Made by a program: the position numbers and the translations under genes. DNA of 63,922 nt, the filler included, from Ionaspis alba (taxonomy: Eukaryota), in assembly GCA_964255285.1 (NCBI GenBank). It is 3 parts of 3 records of this genome, joined end to end, with 100 filler letters (N's around TTAATTAATTAA, not from the genome) between each part and the next. Parts side by side here need not be neighbours in the genome. Positions count along the whole stretch, not along the records: positions 44,555 to 63,922 come from CAXUUL010000268.1; 2 more parts are not named here. One strand, written 5' to 3'. Positions 52,170 to 63,241 of this stretch are shown here, piece by piece; within the stretch, counting starts at the first letter, position 1, and each line of letters starts with the position of its first letter. The notes under the pieces are model-generated. The model did no database searches. It had not been told where the DNA came from and was given only the letters and a program-made list of their open reading frames with translations.

Positions 52170-54200
52170 ATGGCGATGAAGACGGCTGGAGGCAATTCTG
52201 CCTTTCACAATTTCCACAACGACTACGCTCACATCGCCGATCCGAATGAGCGAAGGAGACTCGCGCTCGCGGAGATCGATAAGGCGCCTTTTGGGTGGTA
52301 CCATGTCCGAGCTGTGGTCGTAGCTGGTATTGGTTTCTTCACCGATGCCTATGATATCTTCGCCATCGGTCTGGTCACCAACATGTTGGGTGTGGTTTAC
52401 TTTCACAATGCCAGCAAGCCCGGAATTATCGATACGAACGCAGATACTGCCATTAAGGTAGGAGAAGCTTCCACTTCGTCAATACACGAAAGGTGAGCTG
52501 ACAGCAAATAGGTCGCTACTTCTGGAGGAACTGTCATCGGTCAAGTGGGGTTCGGTGCTCTCGCAGATGTCGTCGGACGGAAGAAGATGTACGGTCTCGA
52601 GTTGATCCTCATCATCTTCGCAACCCTCGCCCAGGCTTTGACCTCCAACTCTCCATCCATGTCCCTCGTTGGTCTGATCATCTTCTGGCGTGTGCTCATG
52701 GGCATTGGCATTGGAGGAGACTATCCACTTTCTTCGATTATCACCTCTGAATTCGCAACCACCAAGTGGAGAGGTGCCATGATGGTCAGTATCAGAATCG
52801 CCCCGAAGATCCTTTCGATTCCTTCTCTAAAACTCCGCGCTAGGGCTCCGTCTTCGCCATGCAAGGTGTCGGTCAATTCGCCGCCGGTATCTTGGCCTTA
52901 ATCACCGTATCTGGCTTCAAAGACAATCTTTCAACCGCAACCAGCTTCGCAACCTGCGACGGAATCTGCGCCGAGTCCACCGATAAGATGTGGCGTACCA
53001 TCATCGGTTTCGGTGCCGTTCCCGGCTGCATCGCTCTCTACTACCGATTGACCATCCCCGAGACTCCTCGCTACACGTTCGATGTTGCGCGGGATGTCGA
53101 GAAGGCCGGTGAGGATGTCAAGGCCTACATTGCTGGTAAAGCCGAAGGTCACCCCGATCAGATCAGCCGTGCTGCCGCTCAGCAACAGGCTGTCGTTCAG
53201 CTTGAGAGCCCCAAGGCCAGCTGGGGAGATTTCTTCCGCCATTATAGCAAGTGGAGGAATGGAAAGGTTCTTTTGGGAACAGCTGGATCGTGGTTCTTCC
53301 TCGATGTATGTGTGATTTCAACGAATGATCCTATTTTCTACATAATATACTGACTACCATCAAGGTCGCTTTTTACGGTCTCGGTCTCAACAACGCGGTC
53401 ATTCTCACGGCTATCGGATACTCTGGAGGCAAGAATGTGTACCAGATCGTAAGCGACACCCCTTAGGCATTTCTCCCCAAAGCCCTCACTAACGTAAACC
53501 AGTTCTACAATACCGCTGTCGGAAACATCATCATCGTCTGCGCAGGCGCCATCCCAGGCTACTGGGTCACAGTTGCCACCGTCGACACCATCGGCCGCAA
53601 ACCAATCCAGTACATGGGTTTCATCATCCTAACGATCCTCTTCATCATCATCGGCTTCGCCTACGAAAAACTGAGCCCCAACGGTCTCCTCGCTCTCTAC
53701 GTGCTCTCGTTAGTACCACCTTCTCCCCCCCCCCACTCTCTTTCTGCCTCAAACCCAACAAAACTGACCCTCCAAAAAAAAGTCAATTCTTCTTCAACTT
53801 CGGCCCCAACGCCACAACCTTCATCGTGCCTGGCGAATGCTTCCCGACGCGGTACCGCTCGACCTCTCACGGCATCTCCGCCGCATCAGGCAAAGTCGGC
53901 GCCATCGTCGCCCAAGTCCTGATCGGCCCCCTGCGAACCCGCGGCGCGACTGCCTCAAACCCCTCTCCCTGGCTCAACCACGTCATGCAGATTTACGCCC
54001 TGTTCATGTTGCTCGGGATCTTCTTCACCGCGCTAATCCCGGAGACGAAGCGCAAGACGCTGGAGGAGTTGGCCGGTGAGGTCCCGGGTACGGCGATGTA
54101 TGATCCGGTCAGTGCGGGACATAATCGGGAGGCTTATGCGAAAGATGGGACGGGGAGTCCGGGTGGGAGTGGGGAGGTGAGGGGCGATGAGAAGGTTTGA
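52170..54200 (+). CDS. PHO84: High-affinity inorganic phosphate:H+ symporter (MFS), multi-exon
   Basis: AFHNFHNDYAHIADPNERRRLALAEIDKAPFGWYHVRAVVVAGIGFFTDAYDIF; signature GGDYPLSSIITSE; QFFFNFGPNATTFIVPGECFPTRYRST. Confidence 0.97.
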
Positions 54201-54535
54201 ACTGGTACCGGCAGGGGATGGATGGATAGATTGGCAGAGGGTTGGATTGGGTGTATTTAATTGATGGTCTCGGTCCTTCTTTTTTTGTATAGAATGCATA
54301 CGGATTTGTAATACCCCTGGTAATGTTTGTGAATATGATCTGGATCGTTATTATGGTGAACTATGCATTTGGTGCGGAGCTCTTCTACATGGTAGGAGGA
54401 CTTGGAGAAACGGGACAGTTCAAAGCACTACGAGGCATTGCAATTCGACTGGACATGTTCTACATTCTGACAACCACTGATTCCAGATCTACTGGTTGCA
54501 GCCTCTCAAACCTCGACCACATGAGCATACTAACT

Positions 54536-55914
54536 TTAGGCCTTCTTCAGAACAACGTCTGCATACAAAGTCAGAACATACCTTCGAAGGTGGACAGTTA
54601 TACTTACTAGGGTCCTTCAATATCGCTCCAGGCTCGGCAGGCAAGAGAGCTCCTTTCGGTGGCTGGTTCTTGCTCTTAAAGTCATCGCAGATATCTGAAC
54701 GCTAGATCAGCATCGACAACGACTTTACATCTCAGAACGGTTGTGACCCTTACCTTCCATCTTGACCCACTCAACCCCTGGTTTCGTATTCATATACTCA
54801 ATCAACCTACTCATCCATCATCATCATCAGCCCAATCAATCCCACCCGCTCAGGAAACCTCAAAGAAAACCCCACCTCTCCAACATGAACAGCACATGCG
54901 GATGCCCCCCCACATCCGGATGAATGGTCACCGCGAAGCAAAAATCCTCCTCCTCCCGATAAAAGTAATCGAAATGATCGCGCCACAGATCCTCCACATC
55001 GCGGGGATTCACCCAGCCGTGCGAGTTCGGCGCGTTCTTGATGAACATCATCGGCGGCAGGTCGTCGAGATACCAATTCGAGGGGATTTCGACGAGGGCG
55101 CTTTGCGGACCGGGCTGCAAGGGGTGCATCCAGTGAGAGGGGTGTTTGGTGTAGTCGATTGGGGTCCAGGAGTCGCCGATGCGGAGGTAGTAGGGGTGGC
55201 AGTCTTTGTGGGAGAAGGAGTGATCTGGTTGTGTTCAGCGTTTCGAACTTGTAGACAGAGAGGGAGAGAGAAAGAGGTAGGTATGGGTTCGTTTGAGCCA
55301 AACGAACCGTATTCGATGCCGTATTTCAGCATCAGCTCTGCGCCTTCTTTGGACGATTCCCACCAGGGTGCCACGCTGCCTCGAGGCGGTTTGCCGCAGA
55401 AGTCGGTGAGCATTTTCCAGGTCTTGTCGAGGATGGCGTGCTGTTGTTCGATGGTCATTCTTGTGGGGTTTTCGTGGGAGTAGCCGTGCAGACCGCTTGG
55501 TTCGGGCTTCCTTTTAGCGTTTGTAGAGTCGACAGGTTCTGGAGATGACCCTACATTTCATGGCCGGCATCTCGGATCATGGCACATTCTTCTGGGAATG
55601 TCTCGAGCGAGTGCCCTGGGATGTACCAGGTGGTTTTGATGTCGTATTTTGCGAATAGCTTCAGCAGTCTGCGAACTCCAATTGTTCCGGCGTAGAGACC
55701 TGCCAGCATCCATCTAGCCTCTTCCGGTTCGAAATCAGTGGACTTGTATGTACATACCTCGCGAAATATCACTCGTCGAGTCTTCTCCTCCATATGATCC
55801 CAGCCATCCGGCGACGGCGTCGATATCAACAGAAATGCAGCAGAGAGCGCCTATTTCAACTCTTCAGATGGACAGTTGGTTATGGCGATGCTCGTACTTA
55901 CGCTTCTTAGCCAT
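54536..55914 (-). CDS. Polysaccharide deacetylase (CE4, PgdA/PuuE-like), intron-rich
   Basis: MAKKR/..[83 protein letters not shown]; last exon ..VVLKKA*. Confidence 0.92.
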
Positions 55915-56119
55915 GGTCAGTTGAACTGTTCAGACACTCTTGTGTAGGTTCACTATAAGAAGGATGCTTGCTGCCCGCCATTAGTAGTACTCGAAGCTCT
56001 TATCGAGAACCCCGCAAAANNNNNNNNNNNNNNNNNNNNNNNNNNNNNNNNNNNNNNNNNNNNNNNNNNNNNNNNNNNNNNNNNNNNNNNNNNNNNNNNN
56101 NNNNNNNNNNNNNNNNNNN

Positions 56120-57235
56120 ATCTTTGAGCGGGACAGCTCAATCTCCTTCCGCGCGCAAGGGTACAGGCTACGTCTTTCGTCGGCAGGATTGGATGCCATT
56201 GAGTCCGTCCTTGGGCCAGAGGGATTCCAAATATTCTGGAACAAATGTGGCCAGACTGCGAGCAGTGAACTTGCAACTATCGATGCGACAACAGGCTCGA
56301 AGATCCTTGCGACGGGGGATGGAAATCGTGACAAGTCCAGCGATGAGAAACCGACAGAGCGCCTCGCATCCCGCGATGGAAAGGTGGTGGGAATTTCCAG
56401 GGGTGATATGCGCAAAGTCTTCCTGTCTGGATGTGAATCCTTCATCCATTGGTCTCACCATGTCAACAGCTACGAATTGACATCTTCAGGTGTCTATGCA
56501 GTCTTCGCAGACGGCTCGAAGTCAGTCGAAGGGGAAATGCTGGTCGGCGGAGATGGCATATACTCCAAAATCGCGGTACAGCTATCACAAGGAAAGTTGA
56601 AAGTTTACGATACCGGCGCAAGAGGGATACACGGCCAATCGCCCACCACGGCATTTAAAGGCCTCGGGGAAGGTGTGTTCCTATTGAAAGATGACTCCAA
56701 TCCTAATGGAAGAGTCTTCGTTATTACGAACGTCCGGGCAGGTGACATGGATGATCCCAACGTGCAGTTTGGATGGACAATGGGGGCTGAGCCAGGCGTC
56801 ATCAAGGCACCGAATGACAACTATTCACTGATCGGAGCTCCAGCAGCTGAGATAGCGAAGGCATTCACCGCAAATTGGCATCCTCGGCTAAAGCCGCTTT
56901 TCGAAGAGATGGTCGAGCCCGAAGCGGCGTTCTGGAAGATCACTTGCTCCACTCCTACTGGCGTTCCGGAATGGCAGAACGAACCCCGTGTCACTGTCAT
57001 CGGAGACGCCGTGCATTCGATGACACCTGCTGGCGGGATTGGTGCAAACACTGCCGTCAGAGACTCTGCGCTGCTCGGTAGACTACTAGCTAAGTCGGGT
57101 GGGTTTGAAGACGGTGTGACCGCGGCTTATGAGAAAGAAATGAGGGTCTATGCCAGTGAGGCGGTCAAGACGAGTTATGGTTTGGCGAAGGTCCAATTTG
57201 GAATTTCTATCGACGAGAATTCAAGAACGGTCTAA
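56120..57235 (+). CDS. FAD-dependent monooxygenase (aromatic hydroxylase type); N-terminus lost in the gap
   Basis: IFERD..RAQGYRL, LVGGDGIYSKI (DG motif), VTVIGDAVHSMTPAGGIGANTAVRD (GD motif); visible part is intronless. Confidence 0.92.
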   Translation: MFERDSSISFRAQGYRLRLSSAGLDAIESVLGPEGFQIFWNKCGQTASSELATIDATTGSKILATGDGNRDKSSDEKPTERLASRDGKVVGISRGDMRKVFLSGCESFIHWSHHVNSYELTSSGVYAVFADGSKSVEGEMLVGGDGIYSKIAVQLSQGKLKVYDTGARGIHGQSPTTAFKGLGEGVFLLKDDSNPNGRVFVITNVRAGDMDDPNVQFGWTMGAEPGVIKAPNDNYSLIGAPAAEIAKAFTANWHPRLKPLFEEMVEPEAAFWKITCSTPTGVPEWQNEPRVTVIGDAVHSMTPAGGIGANTAVRDSALLGRLLAKSGGFEDGVTAAYEKEMRVYASEAVKTSYGLAKVQFGISIDENSRTV

Positions 57236-58209
57236 AACAAAAATGATTATATTTCAGGGTCTATCAAATCATGGACTTGAATTTGTGCCACATGGGCGTC
57301 ATCTTCTGTTCGAGTCCTGTAATTGCCGCGAACTACGGGCAGATTGAGACTTCAATGGATGTCTGATGTATTCGTCTCTATTGTCAAAAGGATCTCTTGC
57401 AAACCTTGACGTTTGTCACCAATTTGCGGATTATGGACCCCTCAATGGAGTCGAATTAGATGGAGCAATGGGGAAAACAGGCCTGATGCCAATACCCGTA
57501 TAATCGAACTTGAACTTTTTGCTCCCAGTTCCACTAACGGTCGAAAACATAGGCCACCGCTTCTCTAATCTAAGCTAAAGGCGAAGGAGCCTGAACAAAG
57601 TCTAAGTATGTCTATATAAGGAGGGTAGCCATTTCGAGGATCCAATCAGCCCTTAATAATCCCGTTCTTAACCCTATCCCTCGGCTATAGTTTCGATCTA
57701 AATAAATCTCCTATACTGAGAACAGTAGTACACTTCACAGAGAAAACTACTTCACCCCACTGATTGTTTTAACAAGACACACTTGATAACGTACTTAGCT
57801 TTGTCTGCAACGAGGTTATACGTCTTCCTCGGTTCTTCATAATTTAGTCCCTATTCCCCTATGCTTTCGGCCGACGAGTATCACGGTGTTTAGTCATCAC
57901 TCGTGTCTATAAAGTAGATCTCATGACACGAATAGTGACAGATCTACGCTCCTTAAATTAGGGCGAGCACACTTGAGACACGTATAAATAGACGTGAGCA
58001 AGCTTGAGTAACAGGTGAATCGTGTTCTGAGGACGATAACGAGTGAATTGCTAGCATATATCTAGCCACGGCCACCATGATTCTTACCGTGGCATGGTCT
58101 GAGCTGCTGCAAGTTGAACTGGCTGTGACATATTGAAGGAAGTGCTAACTGTCCTTTGTCGGAGATGTTGTGGCGGTGCTTTGCCAAACATGTAAAGCAT
58201 GTGAGAGCC

Positions 58210-59145
58210 TTAAGAAACGAACATCTGTTTGTTCTGTTCCGCCCACTCTTCGAACGTCGTGCCTTTTCTCCCAGAGTACTTCTGGACGTTGGACAGGTGC
58301 TCTTCGTCGACCAGATACCCAACTACCTGATTCGGTCCCTTGACTGGCTTTCCTAATTGCCCAACCATGTATTTCGCAATGGGTGCTGGCGTTCCAAGCT
58401 CCTCGACCCACAGCTTGTAGGCATCCTGCTCGTCAACAGCCTCAATCTTAGGGTTCTTGCCAAGTACTTTTGCAAGAATCTTAATCGTGTCCGCATTCGA
58501 CAACAATTCAGGCCCGTAAAGATAGATGGCCCTCTCTTCATCCTGCGGTCCTTTCGCAAGAACAGTACCACAGACTCGCCCAATGTCCTCGGGAACGATG
58601 CAGTCGACCTTGACATCCGGCTTGTATATCTTCACTTCGCCCTTCTCGAGTCCCGTCTTGTACTGGAGTGTGTTGCTAGAAAATGACCCTGGCCTGGCCG
58701 CCACAAACCCATCTGGTCCAAATACTTCCCGGAGATTGAGCTCGACCTGCGCATGTAGGTACGGTATGATATCACTCGGCGGGATCGCCGCGGGATCATC
58801 TCGAACGGTGAAACTGCTCAAGAAGACCACCAATTCAATACCAGCGGACTTGAGTGCCTCAATGGTAGCCTTCATGCTGTCGGGCGAGCCGAAAGCCAAG
58901 TAGATAAAGGCGTATTTTGCTTTGGTTGTGTTCACGGCATCGCGCACGGTATCCGGCTGGGTGAGGTCGGCTTGTACCCTCTCAAAATTACCCTGCTTTT
59001 CCTTTTCGGCGTCAATGCCTCGGATGGGCTTCGCTGTGTCTCGCATCGCAAGGACCACCTTCGCTCCCAGTTCTTCGGCGGTTCGTGCCGCAGCCGAGCC
59101 AACCGCGCCCGTTGGGCCAAAAATGATAACTTTGCGCGACGCCAT
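58210..59145 (-). CDS. NmrA-like / atypical SDR NAD(P)-binding protein (311 aa, intronless)
   Basis: N-terminal Rossmann motif KVIIFGPTGAVGSAAA; VVFLSS; RPGSFSSN; IVPEDIGRV; YLYGPELLS. Confidence 0.92.
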   Translation of the reverse strand: MASRKVIIFGPTGAVGSAAARTAEELGAKVVLAMRDTAKPIRGIDAEKEKQGNFERVQADLTQPDTVRDAVNTTKAKYAFIYLAFGSPDSMKATIEALKSAGIELVVFLSSFTVRDDPAAIPPSDIIPYLHAQVELNLREVFGPDGFVAARPGSFSSNTLQYKTGLEKGEVKIYKPDVKVDCIVPEDIGRVCGTVLAKGPQDEERAIYLYGPELLSNADTIKILAKVLGKNPKIEAVDEQDAYKLWVEELGTPAPIAKYMVGQLGKPVKGPNQVVGYLVDEEHLSNVQKYSGRKGTTFEEWAEQNKQMFVS

Positions 59146-59974
59146 GTGGAGGTTCGACGTTCGAGAACGGTATCAAAAAATTGGTGATGCTGATAAGCTA
59201 ATTTTGGGATAACAAAGCGAGAGGTTGACAACCGGGCCTCTGCAATAGAGCTAGAAGGTATATATGGGGTTTGCGATTCGGACTTCGGAGCTCTGGTAAG
59301 CGCCGTCAGCCCTTATTTATAAGCATGGGCCTATCTCCGGGGTAGGCCCATCGGAGCATTTGTTCTATAGTCATTTGGCCGTGCAACACCTCTCGGGGAA
59401 AGGGTAGCCTCGTTTCCAACATCGTCTCGAAGGTGGTTCGAGCCTGAACAAACGGACGGCTACGGAACAAACTTATGGAGAATAATTACCTCATTGTTCT
59501 AGCATTCTTCCTTATCTCCACAATGTGACTATTGTCGTAGCCGAGGGACCGTGCATACAGCCACAGCGCCTCATGCTCTTAAGCGAAACCAGTCACTTTC
59601 CCTCTTTCGAGGCGTCATATTCGATGGCACTTCTAACGAATCGGATTCTTTCAATCATCACATTTTCCTCCGACAGTTTGCAAGAGTAGTGAGATAGTAG
59701 GTACTTATCGCTCTCCGCATTTGAGGTCATTCATTGCCGCTCCGTTGCTTCACGTCTCTTCGGTCTCCTAGCTCGATTCATCCAAGGCATCAGCGTCAAT
59801 CCTTCGAACTCGGTGGGCCGAGTCTTTGCACCCCAGAACAGAAAGCGACTGGTACATCGCCCTCATCGACGCAACCTCTGGCTTTCGTTAGCATCATCAG
59901 GCATACCACATCCTGAAGCTCAAAACGTGGAGACAGAACCGCTACTCGTAAAGCACGAGAGGCAGAACTCCACC

Positions 59975-60943
59975 ATGACCCGTCGCATAGTCTACAGCGG
60001 CGCCCTCGTCGCCTTCCTAGCAGGTACGTACCATTTTCTAAGACGCGCCTCAACAAAAGCATTCGTCTGACCCACGACAGCGAGCGCATTGACTCTAGCC
60101 AGCATAATTATCCCGCGCTGGATAAGCTGGGACAGCCAAACAGTACGTCTATCCTTTTTCGCCCCTCCTCTCCCAACAAAATACCCAGTAACCCAAGCTT
60201 ACCGTCCTCCTCTCTTCCTCAACAGCCCAGCGGCTCCCGCATCCACTACACCTACGGCCTACACAAACGTTGCTCCTCCCTGACCCACAGCTGCAGCTAC
60301 TTCCCGCAAGATGAAGACTGTCATAGCGAGGACCGCTACTTCTGCTCCATGTGGCGGTCTGTGGGGTTCCTGATGTCGTTTGCGGTGGTCATCGAGGGCA
60401 TGACACTTATCGCTTTCCTGGTCATGATCGCGGGTGGGAAGCAGAAACGGGAATTTGGTTGGAAGGTGCTGAGTGGGTTGCTGCTGCTGGTGGGCATGAT
60501 ACAGTGTGCGGGGATGTCACTGATTGTGAGTTATTNNNNNNNNNNNNNNNNNNNNNNNNNNNNNNNNNNNNNNNNNNNNNNNNNNNNNNNNNNNNNNNNN
60601 NNNNNNNNNNNNNNNNNNNNNNNNNNNNNNNNNNNCTGCTGCTGGTGGGCATGATACAGTGTGCGGGGATGTCACTGATTGTGAGTTATTTCCTCCCCTC
60701 GGAAATGGAGGGAGAATAAAGGGGAAAGCAAGGGTTTTAAGGGATGAAGGGCTGATGTTGGGGCCACAGGCTTATTTATATGATAACGACGATCGGTTTT
60801 TTCCCGGGTGGAGACTCGATACGTCGTGGATTCTGTGCACGGTTAGCTGGAGTGTGATGGTACTGTTGGCGGCGGGGCTATCAGCGTCGGCGTTTTTGTT
60901 GAGTCCGGAGGGAGGATACGAGTTGATTCCCGATGCGCATTGA
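59975..60943 (+). CDS. Four-TM claudin/Sur7-like membrane protein (4 exons)
   Basis: Spliced MTRRIVYSGALVAFLA/..LTLASIIIPRWISWD../HYTYGLHKRCSSLTHSCSYFP..FCSMWRSVGFLMSF../AYLYDNDDRFFPGWRLDTSWILCTVSW; the internal gap is a duplicated-flank artefact. Confidence 0.82.
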
Positions 60944-61258
60944 AGGGAGGTGTGATCCGATCAAGACGAAATGTTGCTAAGCGTTGATACCCTGGGAGGC
61001 ATCTTGTTATTGCCTTCCAGTGTTGCATTGCTTGCCTTAAGGGGTGGAATTATTTCCAGTGAAATCTGTTCGGTAGATTTTTAGGTCGTAGATTGCTTTT
61101 CGATATCTAATATAACTCTCAACGATTAGAGTTCTCCCAAGGCCACATAATGACCGAATCGCTTGATAGAGTTCAGTCGCATGTAACAATGAATGCATGC
61201 ACGACTTACACAATGTGTAAGAATTATAAGTTGACATAAAAAAGTTTATTCTTGAAAA

Positions 61259-61417
61259 GCAGGCTTGGCCGAGCGGTCTAAGGCGGCAGATTTAAGCCTG
61301 AAGTTTTCTTCTGTGAACTCTGCTATCCGAGAGGATGCGTGAGTGTGAGTAACGATGATACGGAAAATTTTGATATCCATCAACTAATCCTTTCCAAGTC
61401 GAACCTCACAGCCTGCA
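61259..61417 (+). tRNA. tRNA-Leu(UAA) with a canonical anticodon-loop intron (61297-61317) and a second, spliceosomal-type intron in the T loop (61345-61398)
   Basis: Acceptor GCAGGCT/AGCCTGC; D arm GCC-GAGCGGTCTAA-GGC; anticodon stem GCAGA/TCTGC with TAA at 61293-61295; variable arm ATCC-GAGA-GGAT; T stem GTGAG/CTCAC; T loop T|TCGAAC after removal of the 54-nt insert; discriminator A. Confidence 0.93.
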
Positions 61418-61435
61418 AAATATAATTTGGATCTC

Positions 61436-61440
61436 TTTTT
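61436..61440 (+). terminator. Probable RNA polymerase III terminator (T5) of the tRNA-Leu gene
   Basis: TTTTT run starting 19 nt after the discriminator base. Confidence 0.55.
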
Positions 61441-61744
61441 GCCAGCCCACAGATGAATAGAGAAAGATTAACAACATGTGGCGGGATGACCTTTTACTCC
61501 TACTGGTTTGTTGCCGAGGCTGCGTAGCTGTTTCCTTTCGCCTTCGGTCTAATTGGTCATGGGATATGGAGTAGAAGTTTGAAGCGTAGAGTCGTCAGAG
61601 GCAAGAAAAAAAGGACCGCATGTACAGAACGGACGAGACTCGATAAAGTAACCTGTCCTAAGGGAAGGGGAAACCTGTCAAAGGGAAAAGATCCACAGGA
61701 TGAAGCTTAAGTGAACATCGATCTCTATTGCTTCCTCTAGCTAT

Positions 61745-63090
61745 CTATGGTCTTCTATCCTCAATAGACAAATCCTGGCCATCAACATCCTTAACCTCGA
61801 CCTTATCAAACTCAACATCGTCACCTTCCTGCACCTTCTCGACCTCATCCTCCTTCCCCTTTATCCCCTTCAAAACGCCTCCCTTCCGCTTCGGCATAAC
61901 TCTCAAAAACGCCTCTCCCCAGTCTCCCAATTCCAACCACCTCAGCATGATCTCGCACACATGGTTCGTCGCCAGTACATACCGGCTTGTCATCTCCATA
62001 TACTCGCCAATCGGCAATCTCGCTGTTTGCATGCTACGATCCATAGCCCTCTTGTAGCAGATCCCTTTGTGCCGATTGCGATCTACAAGTCCGCCGATGA
62101 TGTACGTGGTGTAGAGTTTGAGTGTCGTCAGGATGTTGGGACTGTCGCTGGTCAAGTAAATGGTTTCGCCTGCTTCGCCAAGGGTGTTGCAGTCGTGTAT
62201 AGGCTTGTCGTCTGTGGAAGTCGTGGCATCCTGCCGCGTTGCGAACGAGCCAGCGAGGCTACCTCCTCCAGAGCCTCGCATCCACTGCTTCGATTGAGAG
62301 GCAGCCTCCACGAAATCTTCGGAGAGGAAATGCACGCCTCTCCACGAGTTGTGGTGGCCTGAGAGCACCTTGTCGAATCGCTCTTTCAGAAGTCCGTCGA
62401 AGGAGCTTACGGCTAGGTGAGCCTTGAACGGTGCTTTGTAGTTATCCGAATAGCAGCGGGTAAGTTGTGCGGCGAGGGACATGCGTTCTTTATCTAGCAT
62501 TAGTTTGTCGAAGCCACAGTCAAGGACGATGGTTATGGGCAATTGAATTGACCGAGTTTGTCGCTTCTTAGGTAATTGATTTGTCCTTTCGATCTCGATA
62601 TCAGGGCTGAAGCCGAGAGACTCTGTTATGCCAGGAATCCCCTCCCGAGCTTCACGCTTCCTCTGCTTCTTCTGCTTTGCCCTCTCTTTCTTTTTTGCTT
62701 TCCAAGCCGCTCGACCCGTTTCCCACTCTTCCTTCCGCTTCAGCTTCTTGAGCTGATTCTTAGACAGCTGAGGTGCTTGACTCGGATCTCCTGGCAGCTC
62801 TGACTCTGCTGTCGCTATTGCTGGAGCAGTAGCCTGGATTTGTTGCGATTTGTGAAGGTCACCGTTCCCCGAACTGGAGCCTTGTAAAAGACCTGACCGT
62901 TGATAGTCATGTCAGACCCATTGGCGCCAATCGTGCTCTGAGGAAGTACTCCACCATCTGTGTCCGGATTTAGGTGCCTATCCTCGTTCTGGTCTCCAGC
63001 CACGATCTTCGTAGCCATCGGTGTTTTATCAATTGAGGCATCGGGAGAAGATATTCTCCTTATCTTTGTAGGCCGCTCCTCAGCTTCCAT
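61745..63090 (-). CDS. TRM10: tRNA (guanine-N1)-methyltransferase, m1G9 (SPOUT)
   Basis: LSKNQLKKLKRKEEWE, IVLDCGFDKLM, QLTRCYS.N, IYLTSDSPNIL, YIIGGLVDRNRHKG, TARLPIGEY, VLATNHVCEIML, AFLRVMPKRK. Start MEAEERPTKIRR requires an intron at about 62893-62954. Confidence 0.93.
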
Positions 63091-63241
63091 CGCGTATGCA
63101 AAAAGTAGAGGTGTATTCAAGTTATTAGCAATTTGCCCATCGGAATATGTCCGTAGGGCTGTTTCGACCGATCTAATCACCAACCCACCATCAAGACTGA
63201 GCTTCACCTGCACACGACGCAGCCGGCCCGCGACAGCGACA

